Shown piece after piece: positions 1 to 9,862 of a stretch of DNA of 64,000 nucleotides (positions are counted from its first letter, which is position 1; every line of letters starts with the position of its first letter). Location: contig JASLZZ010000126.1 of the NCBI GenBank assembly GCA_030754595.1, positions 23,135-87,134 of the forward strand. Direction: 5' to 3'. The stretch comes from Nitrospinota bacterium. GTDB lineage: Bacteria; UBA8248. The notes below the pieces were generated by a model. That model saw only the letters and a list, made by a program, of their open reading frames with translations. It was not told the origin of the DNA and made no database searches. The translations under genes and the position numbers were made by a program.

Positions 1-813
1 GCGGATGTAAACGATGCCCAGGCGGCGATCACCGAGGTGATGGAGAAGCGCGCCTTCGGCGAGGCGGGTGCGTGGTGCGTGGTTGAGGAGTTTCTGGAGG
101 GAGAAGAAGCGAGCCTGCTCGCCTTCGTGGACGGGCGGACCGCCCGTCTCATGCCCTCGGCCCAGGACCACAAGCGCATCGGCGAGGGCGACACCGGCCC
201 GAACACCGGCGGGATGGGAGCCTACTCCCCCGCCCCGGTGATGACGCCCGAATTGGAGACACGCGCCCTCGCCGAGGTCATCCAGCCCGCCGTGGACGCG
301 ATGGCGAGGCGCGGCACGCCCTACAAGGGGATTCTCTACGCCGGGCTCATGATCAAGGAGGGCGAGTTCAAGGTGATCGAGTTCAACTGCCGCTTCGGCG
401 ACCCGGAGTGCCAGCCGCTCCTCATGCGGATGGACTCGGACCTGCTGCCCGTGCTCCAGGCCTGCGCGTCGGGCACCCTCCCCGAGGTGGATATTTCGTT
501 CTCGCGCGATCCCGCCGCCTGCGTCGTGATGGCCGCGGGGGGCTACCCCGGCGACTACAGGAAGGGCGACATCATTGTCGGGCTCGATGAGGCGAACGCC
601 GTCGAGGGGGCGCAAGTCTTTCACGCCGGAACGAAGCCGGGCGGCGGGGGTGAGACGCTCACCTCGGGCGGGCGTGTCCTGGGCGTCACGGCACGGGGCC
701 CCGACATCAAAACCGCGCTCGAGCGGGCTTACAGGGCCGCCGGGCTGATTCACTGGGACGACGCCTACTACCGGAAGGACATCGGCGCGAAGGCGCTGCG
801 CCGCCTGTCGTGA
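1..813 (+). CDS. purD: phosphoribosylamine--glycine ligase (5'-truncated by window edge)
   Basis: QDHKR, GPNTGGMGAYSP, EFNCRFGDPE, TSGGRVL, YRKDIG motifs; frame open from base 1. Confidence 0.97.
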   Translation, partial: ADVNDAQAAITEVMEKRAFGEAGAWCVVEEFLEGEEASLLAFVDGRTARLMPSAQDHKRIGEGDTGPNTGGMGAYSPAPVMTPELETRALAEVIQPAVDAMARRGTPYKGILYAGLMIKEGEFKVIEFNCRFGDPECQPLLMRMDSDLLPVLQACASGTLPEVDISFSRDPAACVVMAAGGYPGDYRKGDIIVGLDEANAVEGAQVFHAGTKPGGGGETLTSGGRVLGVTARGPDIKTALERAYRAAGLIHWDDAYYRKDIGAKALRRLS

Positions 814-864
814 CGAAGTTTCGATTCGAAATTTATTCCTGTTGATTAAGAGAGGGGAGCCGCG

Positions 865-1914
865 ATGAAAGCGATTGTGTTGACCGGGCCCGGAGAGCCC
901 TTTGTGATGGAGGATCGCCCCGACCCCAAGGCCGGCCCCGGCGAGGCGGTGGCGCGGGTGCTGGCCTGCGGATCGGGCCTGACGATTCAGCACACCCGCA
1001 TCGGGCGCGGCATCCCCGCCAACTACCCCGTCGTCATCGGCCACGAGATCACCGGCGAGATCGTGGAGACGGGGTCCGGCGTTACGGGTTTGAAGACCGG
1101 CGACCCGGTGACCTGCTACTTCTACCTCGACTGCGGCCAGTGCAAGTGGTGCCTGAGCAACCGGCCCACTTTGTGCTCGAACCTGGGCGGCCATGTCGGG
1201 CGCCAGATCGACGGCGGCTACGCCGAGTACATCAAGCTGCCCGAGCGCAACTTCATCAAGATTCCGGACAGCCTTGACTGGAAGCGTCAGCCCGCCGAGG
1301 TGTCCGTCCTTTGCGACGCCCTCGCCACCCCCTTCAAGGTGATCCGCCGGGCGCGCATCGCCCCGATGGACACCGTCGCCGTCATCGGCGCGGGCGGCGG
1401 CCTGGGTATTCACATGGTGATGATGGCCCGCTGGGCCCACGCCCGCGTCATCGCCGTGGACGTGGCGGCCGGGAAGCTCGAGAAATGCCGCGAGGTGGGA
1501 GCCCACGAAACGGTGGACGCCTCGGGGGGCGGAATGACCGAAGCGCTGAGAGACCTCACCGGCGGGGAGGGGGTAGATGTCGTCGTGGATTTCGTATCGA
1601 GCGCGCAGACCCTCACCGACGGCGTGAAGGCGCTCGGGCTGGGCGGCAGGCTGGCCACCCTGGGCGGCTCCGGCTCCACGGCCCCGTTCGAGGCCATGGG
1701 GCGCGATTTCACCGCCAAGGAGATCGAGGTGATGGGCAGCCGCTACTGCACCCGCCAGGAGGTCATCGACACGCTGAACCTCGCCGCGCGCGGGGACGTC
1801 TGGCCCCTCGTCACCGAAAAATACGGTTTCAATACCGAAGACGCCGAGCTGGTGCACGAGCGCCTCGAAAAAGGAGAGGTCCTCGGCCGCGCCGCCCTCA
1901 TGGTGGCCGGGTAG
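865..1914 (+). CDS. MDR-family (zinc-binding) alcohol dehydrogenase-like protein
   Basis: GHE motif, structural CxxCxxCx7C, GAGGGLG Rossmann motif; RBS gaggggag. Confidence 0.9.
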   Translation: MKAIVLTGPGEPFVMEDRPDPKAGPGEAVARVLACGSGLTIQHTRIGRGIPANYPVVIGHEITGEIVETGSGVTGLKTGDPVTCYFYLDCGQCKWCLSNRPTLCSNLGGHVGRQIDGGYAEYIKLPERNFIKIPDSLDWKRQPAEVSVLCDALATPFKVIRRARIAPMDTVAVIGAGGGLGIHMVMMARWAHARVIAVDVAAGKLEKCREVGAHETVDASGGGMTEALRDLTGGEGVDVVVDFVSSAQTLTDGVKALGLGGRLATLGGSGSTAPFEAMGRDFTAKEIEVMGSRYCTRQEVIDTLNLAARGDVWPLVTEKYGFNTEDAELVHERLEKGEVLGRAALMVAG

Positions 1915-1934
1915 TGTCCGCTTCAACTCCACTG

Positions 1935-1977
1935 AAAAAACGTCCCCGCGATCCGAATGATCGCGGGGACGTTTTTT
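1935..1977. terminator. bidirectional rho-independent terminator
   Basis: AAAAAACGTCCCCGCGATC-cgaat-GATCGCGGGGACGTTTTTT perfect inverted repeat between convergent genes. Confidence 0.9.
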
Positions 1978-2014
1978 ATCGTTTTATTTCTACGCGTTAT
2001 TTTCTAAAAACCGC

Positions 2015-2710
2015 TTAGTCGGCGAGCGTCCAGCTTCCGTCCGGCTGGCGGCAGGCGGTGCCGTAGGCCTGCCGGGTCTTTCCGTCGATGGTGACGGTCT
2101 GGTTGTACTCGCGGCAGAACTGCCCCCGGGCGTTTTGATAGGCGGGCTTCGGGGTCACCGTGCCGTGGACGCCCGAGTCCGGGTCGCGCCAGGGCACCTC
2201 GGCGCCCGAGCGGGAGGTCTCGAGCGCTGTGCCCGTCGTTCGCGCCATGGCGAGCCGCTGGCCCTCGTCGAGCTGTTTTCCGATCTCGCCTCCGGCCAGC
2301 AGGCCGATGAGCGAGCCCGCCACGATGGCGAGGGCTTTTCCGCTGCCCGCGCCGATGGTCGAGCCGATCACGCCGCCGCCGACCCCGCCGAGGATGGCCC
2401 CTAAAACCTGGCCGGAGTTGTCCCGGCTTTCGTAGGTTGTGACGGTCGTTCCAGAGGGATAGTGCGCATGCCTATCCCAGTAGCTGTCGTAGGGGTGGTA
2501 GTGGCCGTCGTGATGGTGGTAGCTGTGGTTCCACCCGTAGGCATAGACCGGGAAGTAAAAATGGGACCGGAAGTGCCGCCGCCCGCCGCGGTAGCGGTGG
2601 CGGGAGTGCCTGCCCCGCCAGGCCTCGGCGTCATCAACTGCGAGAAGTCCCGGCCCGAGTAGCGCCGCCCCAAAAATCACCGCCAGGGATACCGCCAAGA
2701 TGCGCTTCAT
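2015..2710 (-). CDS. 17 kDa surface antigen-like (RT0821/Lpp0805-type) glycine-zipper protein with His/Tyr-rich N-terminus
   Basis: signal peptide ending AEA, glycine zipper GAILGGVGGGVIG, C-terminal CREY...GTACRQPDGSW; start taken at MKRIL with GAGG RBS. Confidence 0.85.
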   Translation of the reverse strand: MKRILAVSLAVIFGAALLGPGLLAVDDAEAWRGRHSRHRYRGGRRHFRSHFYFPVYAYGWNHSYHHHDGHYHPYDSYWDRHAHYPSGTTVTTYESRDNSGQVLGAILGGVGGGVIGSTIGAGSGKALAIVAGSLIGLLAGGEIGKQLDEGQRLAMARTTGTALETSRSGAEVPWRDPDSGVHGTVTPKPAYQNARGQFCREYNQTVTIDGKTRQAYGTACRQPDGSWTLAD

Positions 2711-3053
2711 TTTCCTATCCTCTTGTTTTTTTTGTCCCTTGGTCAAAAACACCCGAATCCAAGCAAACCAGATACCGCTCTATTTGACGCGGCGGGTTCC
2801 ATTTATCCTCTACTTATTAAAACTCGGTGTCCCAGGGTAAATTCCTGATTTTTACCGGATAATACATTTCCGGCCCCTCAACCCCTATTTTCGGGAGTCA
2901 AGCTTTTAACATATATAATTTCAGTTGGTTATAGGAATAATCCGCCGTCCCCCACCCTGATCGAAGCCTGGCCACGGGCCCCGGCTTCGATTAGGATGGG
3001 CGGCTATTCCTCGCCGCATGGGTAGATTCAATAACTCGCCGAAGGAGGCAGGT

Positions 3054-3524
3054 GTGCGAACAGGGATTCCCCTCGGGGGCTGGAGCGTCGGGGATAAATT
3101 CACCACCCGCGGCAGGACCGTGACCGAGACCGATATCCTGAGCTATGTGGGAGTGGCGGGCTACGCCGAGAGCCTGTTTCTCGACACGGAGTATCTCAAG
3201 GCGAAAGGCCACGGCAGTCGCATGGCCCCCGCCCTTCTGACGGCCTCGTTCGCCGACGGGCTTATCATCCAGACCGGCGTTTTGAGCGAGGTCGCCGTCG
3301 CCCTCCTCGGCATCGACAACCTCAGGGCGCTGGCGCCGGTCTATGCCGGCGACACCCTCCACGCCGAGATCGAGGTGACCGAGGTGAGGCCCTCCGGGAG
3401 CCGGCCCGATCGAGGCGTCCTGAGCAGCCGCCAAAAGGTCGTCAACCAATCCGGAAAAACCGTCCTCGTGTACGACGTGAGCCGAATGGTGCTCCGCGAG
3501 GCGCCCGGTCAATCAAATTCCTAG
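3054..3524 (+). CDS. MaoC/PaaZ-like hotdog-fold dehydratase
   Basis: GRTVTETDI and PVYAGDTL motifs; GTG start after AAGGAGG. Confidence 0.85.
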   Translation: MRTGIPLGGWSVGDKFTTRGRTVTETDILSYVGVAGYAESLFLDTEYLKAKGHGSRMAPALLTASFADGLIIQTGVLSEVAVALLGIDNLRALAPVYAGDTLHAEIEVTEVRPSGSRPDRGVLSSRQKVVNQSGKTVLVYDVSRMVLREAPGQSNS

Positions 3525-4498
3525 AGCCCGAAAAACGCCTTGGCCGTTCCGCTCCAAATCTTTTCGGCGTCGCCGCCGGAAAGCCCAAGGCTCTCGACGA
3601 TTTCGACGTGCGCCGCGACGGGGACCCATGGAGCGTCCGAGGCGAACATGAGGCGGTCCGCCCCCATCTCGCTGAGGGCAAGCGAGAGGGCGGTTTTCGA
3701 GTGAGCGACGGCATCGGTGTAAAACCTATCGAAATAATGGCTCGGCGGATGGGAGATTTGATCCCGCGGCCCGGGGCGGCTGCCCGAGAGGCGGTCCACC
3801 CGCGCGATGAGGAGTGGAAGCGTCGCGCCGCCGTGGGGCAGGAGAACCTTGAGGCCGGGGTTGCGCTCCATGATGCCCGACATGATGAGCCTCAGCGCCG
3901 CCAGGCTCTCGTCGAACAGAAAACCGACCATGGGCCCCAGCCAGTAGTCGGCGTAAACCGGCCCCGAGGGCGAGGGACCCGGATGGAGAACGAGGGGAAC
4001 CCCACGGTCCGCGAGCAGCGCCCAGACGGGCTCGAGGGCGGGCTCGTCGAGCGGGCGAGTCCCGCCGACGTAGGCGAACACCTGGAGGCCGACGAAACCC
4101 AGATCGTCGATGCACCGCTCGAGTTCGCGGCAACTGGCGTCGATGTCTCCATACCCCAAATTGGCGAAGCCGCGAAAACGGTCCGGGTGATTCGAAACGG
4201 CCTCGGCGATGCCGTCGTTTCCGATCCGGGCAAGCTCGTCGGCGTCGGACGGACCGGGGGCGAGGTCCGGGCCCGGTATGTTGACACTGAGCAGGGAGAG
4301 ATCAATTTGGTGGGCGTCCATCTCCTCGAGCTTGAGGGACAGGTCCAGAAGGGCCGGCCCCATCGGCAGTACTGCTTCCAGGGTCCCGAGGGCCGACCAG
4401 CCGCCCTCCTCCCGCACGAACCGGGGATAATCCGATCTCTCCGCAAGGGCTTTGACGTAGGCATCCGGCATGTGGTGAGTTTGAACATCGATGCGCAT
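3521..4498 (-). CDS. amidohydrolase_2 family (ACMSD/LigW-like) metal-dependent hydrolase or decarboxylase
   Basis: IDVQTH, LVLHP, PHGG and FASDAP motifs. Confidence 0.88.
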   Translation of the reverse strand: MRIDVQTHHMPDAYVKALAERSDYPRFVREEGGWSALGTLEAVLPMGPALLDLSLKLEEMDAHQIDLSLLSVNIPGPDLAPGPSDADELARIGNDGIAEAVSNHPDRFRGFANLGYGDIDASCRELERCIDDLGFVGLQVFAYVGGTRPLDEPALEPVWALLADRGVPLVLHPGPSPSGPVYADYWLGPMVGFLFDESLAALRLIMSGIMERNPGLKVLLPHGGATLPLLIARVDRLSGSRPGPRDQISHPPSHYFDRFYTDAVAHSKTALSLALSEMGADRLMFASDAPWVPVAAHVEIVESLGLSGGDAEKIWSGTAKAFFGL

Positions 4499-4609
4499 AT
4501 CGGGCTCCTGGTTTCAAGGCATAAGAATTGAATCGGGGCGCCCTGTAATTATCGGCCCTGGCGAGGGGCGCGCGCAAACGGATTTCAACCGGAGCGCGAG
4601 GCCCATCGG

Positions 4610-4702
4610 CTATTTACTCCCCGGTCCGTATCTTCTCTTGCCGCGGCGCTTGTGAAGACGGAGTTTTTTTTCGAGCGATTCGAGCCGGGTCTCGATGTCC
4701 AT
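4610..4702 (-). CDS. possible 30-aa basic small protein or gene remnant
   Basis: ATG preceded by AGGGGGGA; MDIETRLESLEKKLRLHKRR...; below ORF-track size cut-off. Confidence 0.25.
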   Translation of the reverse strand: MDIETRLESLEKKLRLHKRRGKRRYGPGSK

Positions 4703-4925
4703 GGTTCCCCCCCTGAAATAGGTGGCGGTGGATGGAATGAACAAGTTTACGTTATATTTTCGTGTGTGTCCAGGGAGGAGAATTGGGGGATGAGGTGTGG
4801 AGGGGCCGCCGGGTCTTGACCCCGGCGCGATACCCGATAGAATTTTGCCCCTCCGGGAAACGAGATTCATGCGTGGCCCCCAGGCGGGGACATGCTCCCG
4901 CTTTCACCCGTTCATAGGCGCCTTC

Positions 4926-5708
4926 ATGCTGGAACCTGTAGAAAACCTCCGCTGGGAGATCGGCGATCATATCGCCACCCTCACCATCGCCCGCCCTGAA
5001 AAGCGAAACGCGATGACCGGCGCCATGTACCGGGGGATGACGCGCTGGCTTTTCGCGCTGGACGAGATGCCCGAGGTGCATGCCGTCATCGTGCGCGGGG
5101 AGGGCCCGACATTTTGCGCGGGCTCTGATATCGCCTCGTTCGGGGATAAATCCACCGTGGAGCGCGACCGCCATTTCGGCTATACCGCCGAATTTTTCCT
5201 GGCCTTCTCGCAAATCAGCAAGCCTGTCATCGCCGCGCCCCGTGGGTTCGCGCTGGGCGGCGGAACGGCGCTGACGGCGGCGGCCGATTTCGCCGTCGCC
5301 GAGGAAGACGCTCTCTTCGGGGTCCCTGAGATCAAGCTCGGCTTCTGGCCCTGCACCATCATGCCGCCCATCATCCGCGCCGTGGGGGCGCGCCGGGCCT
5401 ACGAGCTGTTCGTCACCGGGCGAAGGTTTCCTGCCGCCGAGGCCGCCGCGATGGGCCTCGTCACCCGGATCGCCCCGGCCGGCGGCTACGAGGAGGAGCT
5501 CCGGGCCTTCGTCCGCGGGATCGCGGAGACGAGCCCCTACGCCGTCCAGATGGGCAAGCGCGCGTTTTATGAAACCGAGGGAATCGAGTACAATAAGGCC
5601 GTCCGTCTCCTGGGAAAATTCATGCCCATCCTCATGGAGTCCGGGGACGCCCGGGAGGGCATCGCGGCATTTCTCGAAAAGCGCAAGCCGGAGCGGGAAG
5701 AGCGGTAG
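4926..5708 (+). CDS. enoyl-CoA hydratase/isomerase (crotonase) family protein
   Basis: RPEKRNA, FCAGSDI, ALGGG, PEIKLG, AFLEKRKP motifs. Confidence 0.92.
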   Translation: MLEPVENLRWEIGDHIATLTIARPEKRNAMTGAMYRGMTRWLFALDEMPEVHAVIVRGEGPTFCAGSDIASFGDKSTVERDRHFGYTAEFFLAFSQISKPVIAAPRGFALGGGTALTAAADFAVAEEDALFGVPEIKLGFWPCTIMPPIIRAVGARRAYELFVTGRRFPAAEAAAMGLVTRIAPAGGYEEELRAFVRGIAETSPYAVQMGKRAFYETEGIEYNKAVRLLGKFMPILMESGDAREGIAAFLEKRKPEREER

Positions 5709-5762
5709 CCCGGCCCGCCGGCGTGCGGCGTCATTATCATCTCATATCGATAGGAGAGAATC

Positions 5763-6821
5763 ATGGAATCCACCGGCGTCGCGGTAGTCGGAGCGGGAGG
5801 AATCGGCACCCTCCGGGCGCACTCGTGCGCGCAAATACCGCAGGTTGACTATCTGGCCATCTGCGACAAGGTGCCCGAGAAGCTCGACACCCTCTCCGAG
5901 GCCGTGGGCGCGGACATGGCCACCACGAAATTCGAGGAGGCCATCACGAGCGACCGCGTGGGCGCGGTCGTCATTTCCACCGACGAGGAATATCATCACG
6001 CCCCGGCCGCCCTGGCCGCCGAACTCGGCAAGCCCGTTCTCATCGAAAAACCCTTCGTCCTCGATCTCGACGAGGCCGACGACATCCTGGCCAAGGCCGA
6101 AAAAAGCGGGACCGAGGTTTTCGTGGGCTACACCCAGCGCTTCCGCCGCCGCTACCTTCTGGCCAAGCAGTCCGCCATGGCGGGCCAGCTCGGCAACATC
6201 GTCATGGCGATGGGCAAGATCTACGTCACCCGGGCCGTCGGCGAGGCCGTCGCCCGCCGCTCGCCGAACACCACACCCTCGATCAACACCCTCACTTACA
6301 TGGTCGATCTGATCCTCTGGTACATGGAGGGGAAAAAACCGGTCGAGGTCTACGCCCGCGCGGGCAGCTTCGTCTTCAAGGAATACAACCGAGACGATTT
6401 CCAGTGGATGATCGTCACCTTCGACGACGGCAGCGTCGCCACTTTAGGGACGAGCTGGCTCCCGCCCCACCACTGGCCCGCCTACACGGCGACGATGGAG
6501 GTCGACCTGCAGGGCACGACCGGCTCGCTCAACATCGACGACGCGCACAGGGACGTCATCCTCGCCCCGGGCGACGCCATCCCCTGCCCCTACACGCCCG
6601 AGCACGAGGTGAACGTCGCTTTCCTGGGCTCGGCGATGCCGGGCGATTTCGCGCTGGGCGAGTTCTTCGGGCCGATGAAGGAGGAGTCGGACGCTTTCAT
6701 CCGCCACGTTCTGGGCATCGGCGGCGTCGGCCTCGCCACCGGGGCGCACGCGCGGCGGGTCCTGGAACTCACCATGGCGTCCGACCGCTCGGTCAGGGAA
6801 GGCAAGCCGGTAAAACTCTAG
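5763..6821 (+). CDS. Gfo/Idh/MocA family oxidoreductase
   Basis: GAGGIG, EKP, VGYTQRF motifs. Confidence 0.9.
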   Translation: MESTGVAVVGAGGIGTLRAHSCAQIPQVDYLAICDKVPEKLDTLSEAVGADMATTKFEEAITSDRVGAVVISTDEEYHHAPAALAAELGKPVLIEKPFVLDLDEADDILAKAEKSGTEVFVGYTQRFRRRYLLAKQSAMAGQLGNIVMAMGKIYVTRAVGEAVARRSPNTTPSINTLTYMVDLILWYMEGKKPVEVYARAGSFVFKEYNRDDFQWMIVTFDDGSVATLGTSWLPPHHWPAYTATMEVDLQGTTGSLNIDDAHRDVILAPGDAIPCPYTPEHEVNVAFLGSAMPGDFALGEFFGPMKEESDAFIRHVLGIGGVGLATGAHARRVLELTMASDRSVREGKPVKL

Positions 6822-6869
6822 GAGTGCATATACTCTGGAATCTTTCGAGAAATCTAGGAGAACAGAATC

Positions 6870-7745
6870 ATGGGCGAAAAACTGGGAATGATCGGACTGG
6901 GGAAAATGGGCCTAGCGCTCTCGAAGGAGTTCATCGCCGACGGCCACGAGATGATCGGCTACGACATCGACCCCGCGCGGAACAAAATGATCGAGGAGAT
7001 GGGGGGACGCGCCGCCGCCTCGGCGAAAGAGATCGCCGGGGAGTGCGACATCACGTTTTCCATCCTCCTCAAGGAGGCGCACATCGAAGAAAACACATTC
7101 GGCCCCGGCGGCATCGTCCAGGCCGGCAAGAAGGGCCTCATCCACGTCGAGATGAGCACGATGAAGCCCGCCTTCCAGACCGGTTTGGGAAGGCGCCTCG
7201 CCGCCGAGGGCATCGACATGCTCGACGCCCCGATCTCGGGCTCGCACCCCCGCGTCGCCGCGCGCAAGATTTCGATGATGGTGGGCGGAAAAAAAGAGGC
7301 CTTCGACCGAGTCTATCCGATCCTCGACTCGATCACTTCGAGCGTCGTCCACATGGGCGACAACGGAACCGGCGCCACCATGAAAGTCGTCATCAACCTG
7401 TTCGTGAACTCGTGCACCGCTCTCATCTGCGAGATGCTCCTCACCGGCCAGCGGGCAGGCCTCTCGAACGACAAGATGATGGAATGTCTCAGGGCAAGCA
7501 CGGTGAAGGGCACTATGCTCGAGAACGCCGCCCCTCGGATGATCAGCCGCGACTGGGAGGCGCGCGGGGCGGTCGAGATCTTCGTCAAGGACATGGGCCT
7601 CGCCATCGACCTCGCCAAGGAGGGCGGGGTCGAGCTCGCCGTCGTCCCCGCCGCGCGGAAAATGTTCCAGCGCGCCGAGGCCGCCGGCTGGGGCAAGGAC
7701 GACGCCACCCGCGTCCTCGAGGTCTACGAGGGGAAGGATAAGTAA
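6870..7745 (+). CDS. 3-hydroxyisobutyrate/2-hydroxy-3-oxopropionate reductase family dehydrogenase
   Basis: GLGKMG, DAPISG, MVGG, KVVIN, KDMGLA motifs. Confidence 0.9.
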   Translation: MGEKLGMIGLGKMGLALSKEFIADGHEMIGYDIDPARNKMIEEMGGRAAASAKEIAGECDITFSILLKEAHIEENTFGPGGIVQAGKKGLIHVEMSTMKPAFQTGLGRRLAAEGIDMLDAPISGSHPRVAARKISMMVGGKKEAFDRVYPILDSITSSVVHMGDNGTGATMKVVINLFVNSCTALICEMLLTGQRAGLSNDKMMECLRASTVKGTMLENAAPRMISRDWEARGAVEIFVKDMGLAIDLAKEGGVELAVVPAARKMFQRAEAAGWGKDDATRVLEVYEGKDK

Positions 7746-7784
7746 AAATCCGCCTCCCTGTCGCTAAAACGGCGGGGGGGGCGG
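7744..7784 (-). terminator. probable terminator hairpin between convergent genes
   Basis: GC stem CCGCCTCCCTGTCG/CGGCGGGGGGGGCGG preceded by an A-run on the plus strand. Confidence 0.45.
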
Positions 7785-7799
7785 CCTCCGGGCGGTGGC

Positions 7800-8660
7800 T
7801 TACATTTTCAACAGGGCCTCGGAGTATTCCATTTCAATCCGCAGCTTGGCGTACACTTCTTCGATGTCCCGGGGGGAGAACTCGAAGGGGATTTGGTTCT
7901 CTTCGAGCAGCAGCATGATGAAGTCGGAATTGATGATTTTCATCGACATGAAATGGGCCAGAATGTCCGCGAAATTGACGATGTGGACCAGTTCATTGTC
8001 CTGGCCTTCCAGATCCGTCGCGTGGTAAAAAGCAATGGCCGAGGTCAGCTTATCCGGCAGATTCCAGCTTCTCGCCAGGAAAAACCCGGCCGTGCAGTGA
8101 TCGAAGCCGTAGGCATCGGTCTCCATCTCACGATAACGGGGCATGAAATCCTTTTCCTTGTCCCAGCTCATATCTTTTTGGGTTTCCCGGACGACACGAT
8201 CGATCGCCAGCTTCCCGATGTCGTGAAGCAAGCCCGCCGAAAACGCCAGATCGTGGTCCTCGCCGCCGATTTTTTCGGAGATTTGCCTGGACGCGAACGC
8301 CGCCGTCACCGAATGGAACCAGAACTCCTCCACCATGATCCCATAGCCCATAATGGATTTGCGCAAGAACCCGGAGGCGGCGCACATGATGGCGATGTCC
8401 CGGATATTGACATCGCCCAGCAGGCCCACCGCCACCTACAGGCTGGAGACCTTCTCACTCACCCCGAAATACGCCGAATTGATGGTCTGAAGAATCTTGG
8501 CGGCGATGGCCGGGTCCAGCGAAACGCATCGAACCAGCTCATCGCGGGAAGCGTCGTCTCCGCCCGTCAGCTCCAGGATCTTGTGAAACACCTCGGATAC
8601 GGGCGGGAGGGCATCGATCTCGACGAGAACTTTTTCCAGGTAGGACATACACAAACTCAT
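7800..8660 (-). pseudogene. HDOD-domain protein interrupted by in-frame TAG at 8436-8438
   Basis: ORFs 8436-8660 and 7800-8435 are in one frame: DPAIAAKIL..NSAYFG..VSSL*VAVGLLG..GLLHDIGK..DH..W.LP. Confidence 0.8.
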
Positions 8661-8934
8661 GGCGACAACCCCGGCGAAAGAGCTGAATATTAAAGTATAA
8701 AAACAATTGAGTATGATATTACTCTGTATATCCGGACGAACACAATTTTAGAATTTCCATCTTGTGCATTTTCATCAGAACTAAATTAATAAAAAAACAG
8801 CAAGACATTCATAAAAGTATTGGCGGAACTGAAACACCAGTATTCTTTTTTCCGGGCGCGCAATCGCATTTACCGGAAGGATCGTCCGTTCCAGGGGGCC
8901 ATGACAAAACCTCCGCGCTATCGGGACGATGGAT

Positions 8935-8973
8935 AAAAAAAAACCGCCACCGGCATCGCGGCACCGGTGGCGG
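8935..8973 (-). terminator. rho-independent terminator of the MBL hydrolase gene
   Basis: CCGCCACCGG/CCGGTGGCGG 10-bp stem followed by 9 T on the minus strand. Confidence 0.8.
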
Positions 8974-8977
8974 ATTG

Positions 8978-9832
8978 TTATGCCTCGACTACCGTTCCGA
9001 CACTGCAGAAGAAAAACCGCTCCCCGAATTCCCCGGCCATGCGCGCCGCCGTCTTCTGGCCTGTGCAGTGGGAGACTCCGATGCGTCCGATGTCGAACTC
9101 GTGCAGCGCCTCGATGCTCCGGGCGATCTGATCCTCCTCGATGGGGCCGAGGTGGGTTCCGCCGATGACGGTGTGAAAGCGTGACTTTCCCGTCTTCTCG
9201 GTGATGTAGTTCAGGATGTTGATGATCCCCGCGTGCGAGCATCCGAGGACGACGAACAGGCCCTCCTCGGTGTCGATGACCACGCTCTGATCGTCCAGGA
9301 TGGGATCCACGATGAGTTCCCCCGCCTCGCCGTAGTGCTTGAAATTATGATCGACGATTTCGTAGGAAGTCCGCCGGGGCACCTCCCCGGTCATGTAGAT
9401 GCCCTCCTCCACCTCTCGCCACCCGGTATCGAGGTGGAAATCCGCTCCCGCCGCCTCGAGGACGGACCGCGTATGGGGCACTCCTATGTGCCTCTGCACC
9501 TTCTCGTCCTTGGTACGGAAGCTGTCCTTGAAAAGCTCGGGGTGGGCGTGGACGGGGACGCCACCCCCCTCCGAGCCGCCGCGCATGGCCTTCATCGCGT
9601 CGAGCAGCCCGCTCGTATGGTCGAAGTGATGATGGCTGATCAACACCCCCTTCGCGGCGGCGAGGTTTTTTTGGAATACCGCGGCGTTGTTCAGAAGGGC
9701 CTTGCCCTGCCCGGTGTCGAAGATAAATTCGCCCCGGGGGGTTTCGAGCCAGACCGACCAGCCGTGCTCCCCGATGGCGCCGATATTCATATAGACCGCG
9801 TTCTCGCAAAGAACCGTCGCCTTAACGCCCAT
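8978..9832 (-). CDS. MBL-fold metallo-hydrolase
   Basis: EHGWS, FDTGQ, SHHHFDH, DDQS, GCSHAG, GGTH, SHCTG motifs. Confidence 0.9.
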   Translation of the reverse strand: MGVKATVLCENAVYMNIGAIGEHGWSVWLETPRGEFIFDTGQGKALLNNAAVFQKNLAAAKGVLISHHHFDHTSGLLDAMKAMRGGSEGGGVPVHAHPELFKDSFRTKDEKVQRHIGVPHTRSVLEAAGADFHLDTGWREVEEGIYMTGEVPRRTSYEIVDHNFKHYGEAGELIVDPILDDQSVVIDTEEGLFVVLGCSHAGIINILNYITEKTGKSRFHTVIGGTHLGPIEEDQIARSIEALHEFDIGRIGVSHCTGQKTAARMAGEFGERFFFCSVGTVVEA

Positions 9833-9862
9833 GATCCTGCCTCCTCATTTCGGAAGAAACAC

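Noticed and set aside
8436..8438. Pyrrolysine read-through of the HDOD amber codon
   Set aside because: No pyl genes in the window; a CAG->TAG change is simpler
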